From contig NC_086107.1 in assembly GCF_963921235.1 (NCBI RefSeq), forward strand, positions 46,500,001 through 46,564,000: a stretch of DNA of 64,000 nucleotides. The letters run 5' to 3'. Under the pieces are notes generated by a model. The model saw only the letters and a program-made list of their open reading frames with translations. It was not told the DNA's origin and did not search any database. Of the stretch, positions 61,186 to 64,000 are shown piece by piece. Both the position numbers and the translations under genes were made by a program. This DNA is from Mobula hypostoma. Its lineage: Eukaryota. Each line of letters opens with the position of its first letter. Positions within the stretch are counted from its first letter, which is position 1.

Positions 61186-63238
61186 GTAAGTGATTGACAT
61201 GTCTGATTATATTAAAGGCAAAATGTCCATTTTTAATGTTGCACTCTGAACGACAAAATCACATAAATGCATTAAACACGGTTTAGACATTCCCAAACTT
61301 GAGGGAAAAAGCTCCTCCAATGTCAAGGTAGTAAATTATTTTTACGCACTTTCTATACATTGAATCGAAATATTGAACTGGGGAACATGATTCTCAAAAC
61401 AATTAGAGACTGGGGTGAGCACCAGGGATTTCAAGTCAGCTTCCCTTTTGGTTGATAAATGTTTAATCCACCTCCCGTCAAATGTCATCTCAATTAAAGA
61501 CTGAAGTTTAATATTTCAGCTGGTAGCTACACTACTTTAGATCAACAACAAGAATGTGAAACAAAATCACTTGCACACTGCATGATTTCATAGTCATTTA
61601 AACAGGTTTTAGCTGAATACACAATCTTCAACAAACTCCTTTTAAGGATCCATATTTTCAAAGTTTACCTCAAAAATCTGGCCATTCTGATATCCTCTGT
61701 TTAGTAAATGCAAACATCAGTGTAAATAGTGAAGCCTTTGATTCACATTTGATGAATCTAGAACTGATTTTGCTGTTCACAAATCCTCTTGCCATCTATT
61801 CATTATAAATTGTTCATCTGAAGATTCTCTAACAGTATGGTATCAATGTACTAATAGGCAACATAAGAGAACAATGTCAATTTGTTCACCTACTGTACAT
61901 TTAGTTTGGGTTAAGTTAGACAATAGCAGATAAGAACTTAATGTATTGCTCACAAAATTATTATCAATTTATGTTGTAAATTGTGTTTAAGGATGACTGC
62001 ACAGGAAAGAAATGAAACGAGTAATACACACAAAATTCTGGGGAACTCAGTAAGTCAGGCAGTGTCTATAACTGTTCATGTTTCAATACTTTCAGATCAA
62101 TTGCACATCATAAAACAAATTTATGTCATTTTCTTCACTGCATATGTCTTGGCTCAAAATGTTGACTGTTTTTTTTACCTTCATTTATGCTCCCTGGTTT
62201 GCTGAGTTGCTCCAGCATTTTGTGTGTGTGCTGAAGATTTATAGCATCTGCAGAATTTTGTGTTGAAACAGGAATGGCAAGAACAATTAAAATGGTGGGC
62301 ACTGGGAAATCCTGCTCATTGTGGCGGTCATAATGAAGGTGCCGATAAAGTGGTCCTACAATCTATATCGGATCTCACCAATATAGAGGAGGCCGTACTG
62401 TGATTCTTATCACAGCGTGCCTGATGTCTACATTCATATCACAGACAAAGTTGAGTAACTCACACTGCGTTCCCTCGATTGAAATATTAATATAGATAGA
62501 AAATATAAATACCATCCCACTATTTCACATTTCTCTATTAAGCTTTGAATGAACCATTTATTGGTGTCTGGTTCTATTGTTTCTTTTAAACACAGATACA
62601 ATACATTCAGCTAATATTATGTAAATTTAATACAAATTAAATAAAGTTACCATAATGTTGGAAAGTCATCATTATGGTGAGGAAAATACTTTACATTTTA
62701 CTATTAAAATATAATTATCGACACTTGCTTCCTGTTCACTGCACCTGGGTGGTGAAAAATTTCCACTGAACAGTTATCAAATATTATTTTAGATCTAATA
62801 ATAGATAATTTAATATCCAATTGCAAGCATTTCATCTATTTTATGTGTGAAATGCACATTAATAATTTTTAGATATCGTTTAAATTATTTACACCTATTT
62901 CAAGGGGATATCTCACCAGTCAGCAAATGGGATCAAACAGTTCAACATGCAAATAACCTCAGCTCAATTGTCATTTTTTGTGTGTAATTCTACACAATTT
63001 GATATCACCAAGGTGTTGACTGCTCATTCTTAACCTCTAGTTGAAAATGTTGGAAATATCATGTATAACTTTATCTTTTCATTTACAATAAAACAAAGAG
63101 CAAGCCCTGCACTCAGGTATAAACTACACACAGCATAATGTGTCCGAACTGAGAAAGAATATTTTGCTCTCTGATTAGGCCTGTCTCACTTCCCATTGCT
63201 CGTGCTGAAGGTGTTTCCTTCACTCTGATTCACTGCAG

Positions 63239-63258
63239 AGAACGAAGAGCCTACTTAA
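63239..63258 (+). CDS. Candidate terminal exon T' (ENEEPT*), duplicate of 59304
   Basis: Same acceptor sequence as at 59304; a 1-nt difference brings TAA in frame early. Confidence 0.3.
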
Positions 63259-64000
63259 AGGCTGGGTCACACTTTCCATGATTCCTAGTGGCAGTATCTG
63301 CAGGCAGTCATCATTAGATATTCACCTAAATCTCTTTTCGAACTGAAATGTGATAAAAACTAACCTGACAATTTTTTTAGAGTTAAATTTCACCAGTGCT
63401 CTGATTTTTTGCATTTCCAGTAATTGCATAAAGTTAGTACATAGTTTCTGTAACAAAAATGGCTGAAGTCTAATTTATGGACAGAAATTATAGTTTGGTG
63501 TTAAAGTAAAATATGCCTTAACTTCAGGTATGGGCAGAATTTCATATATTAAAAGAGAGCATTTAAAAAGAACTTGACTGCGTATCAAGAAAAGAATAAT
63601 CTCTGTGTGGACATGTTAAGTAATTTTCAAAGCATGTGAAGGCTTAAAATTTTAAAAACACTTAAATTTTTAAATTTCCTTATGAACCATGGTAATAACT
63701 TCACTCACCTCCACAACCTACACAACTTCCAAAAGGTAAGTGATTGACATGTCTGATTATATTAAAGGCAAAATGTCCATTTTTAATGATGCACTCTGAA
63801 CACACAATATTATGTAAAGATGTTAAACACAGTTTAGACATGTTCTCAGAATTGAAGAAAAAGTGCGTATAATGTTGAAGTAGTTCTATATGTTGCACAC
63901 ACTTAACATACATTGCATAGAAATACTGAACTGGGGCACATGATTTTCAAAACTTTCCATGACTCGATTCAACACCAGGGAATCAGGTCAGTTTCTCTTC

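Larger units (their letters stand above)
47200..64000 (+). repeat. Mosaic of local segmental duplications in the 3' introns of the gene
   Basis: An AT-rich 500-650-bp unit occurs at about 47200-47810, 54820-55310, 55310-56010, 58430-59130 and 62360-63060. A second module occurs at about 54205-54365, 59325-59490 and 63258-63410. 58215-59790 matches 62145-63700, and 61175-61450 matches 63725-64000. Confidence 0.88.

Noticed and set aside
17662-63258. Apparent bias: no sense-strand hammerhead inside the gene is intact (0 of 5), whereas 2 of about 6 antisense copies are
   Set aside because: The sample is too small, and the changes are ordinary CpG decay; it cannot support selection against pre-mRNA cleavage.

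Overview
Eukaryotic, repeat-dense vertebrate DNA, most likely from a cartilaginous fish. That assignment is inferred from the CR1/L2/Penelope/Gmr1 repeat mix and the gene type. One host gene is readable on the + strand: a B7-family type I membrane protein of the NCR3LG1 (B7-H6) type. It has an IgV exon (40688-41026), an IgC1 exon (44718-45014), a TM exon (45512-45613) and several small phase-1 cytoplasmic exons (57434-61185). It has TWO candidate signal-peptide exons 17.6 kb apart (17662-17785 in a CpG island, and 35274-35325), each preceded by an IRF/ISRE-type motif. The 3' part of the gene lies in a mosaic of local segmental duplications. The rest is mobile-element DNA: CR1, L2, L1-like, RTE and R4/Dong-like LINE fragments; an internally deleted Gmr1-type Gypsy element with both LTRs and a TSD; four solo-LTR-type insertions with TSDs; class I ERV gag-pol and env fossils; hAT, Tigger and Tc1 derivatives; and many Penelope-like (GIY-YIG) pieces. 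The Penelope terminal repeats carry a minimal type I hammerhead ribozyme motif, intact in three copies. One Penelope insertion with a 14-bp TSD contains an inverted copy of 387 bp of neighbouring host DNA. Almost all short ORFs in the supplied track are repeat-derived or spurious. LINE fragment boundaries are approximate; exon, TSD and ribozyme coordinates were counted by hand.
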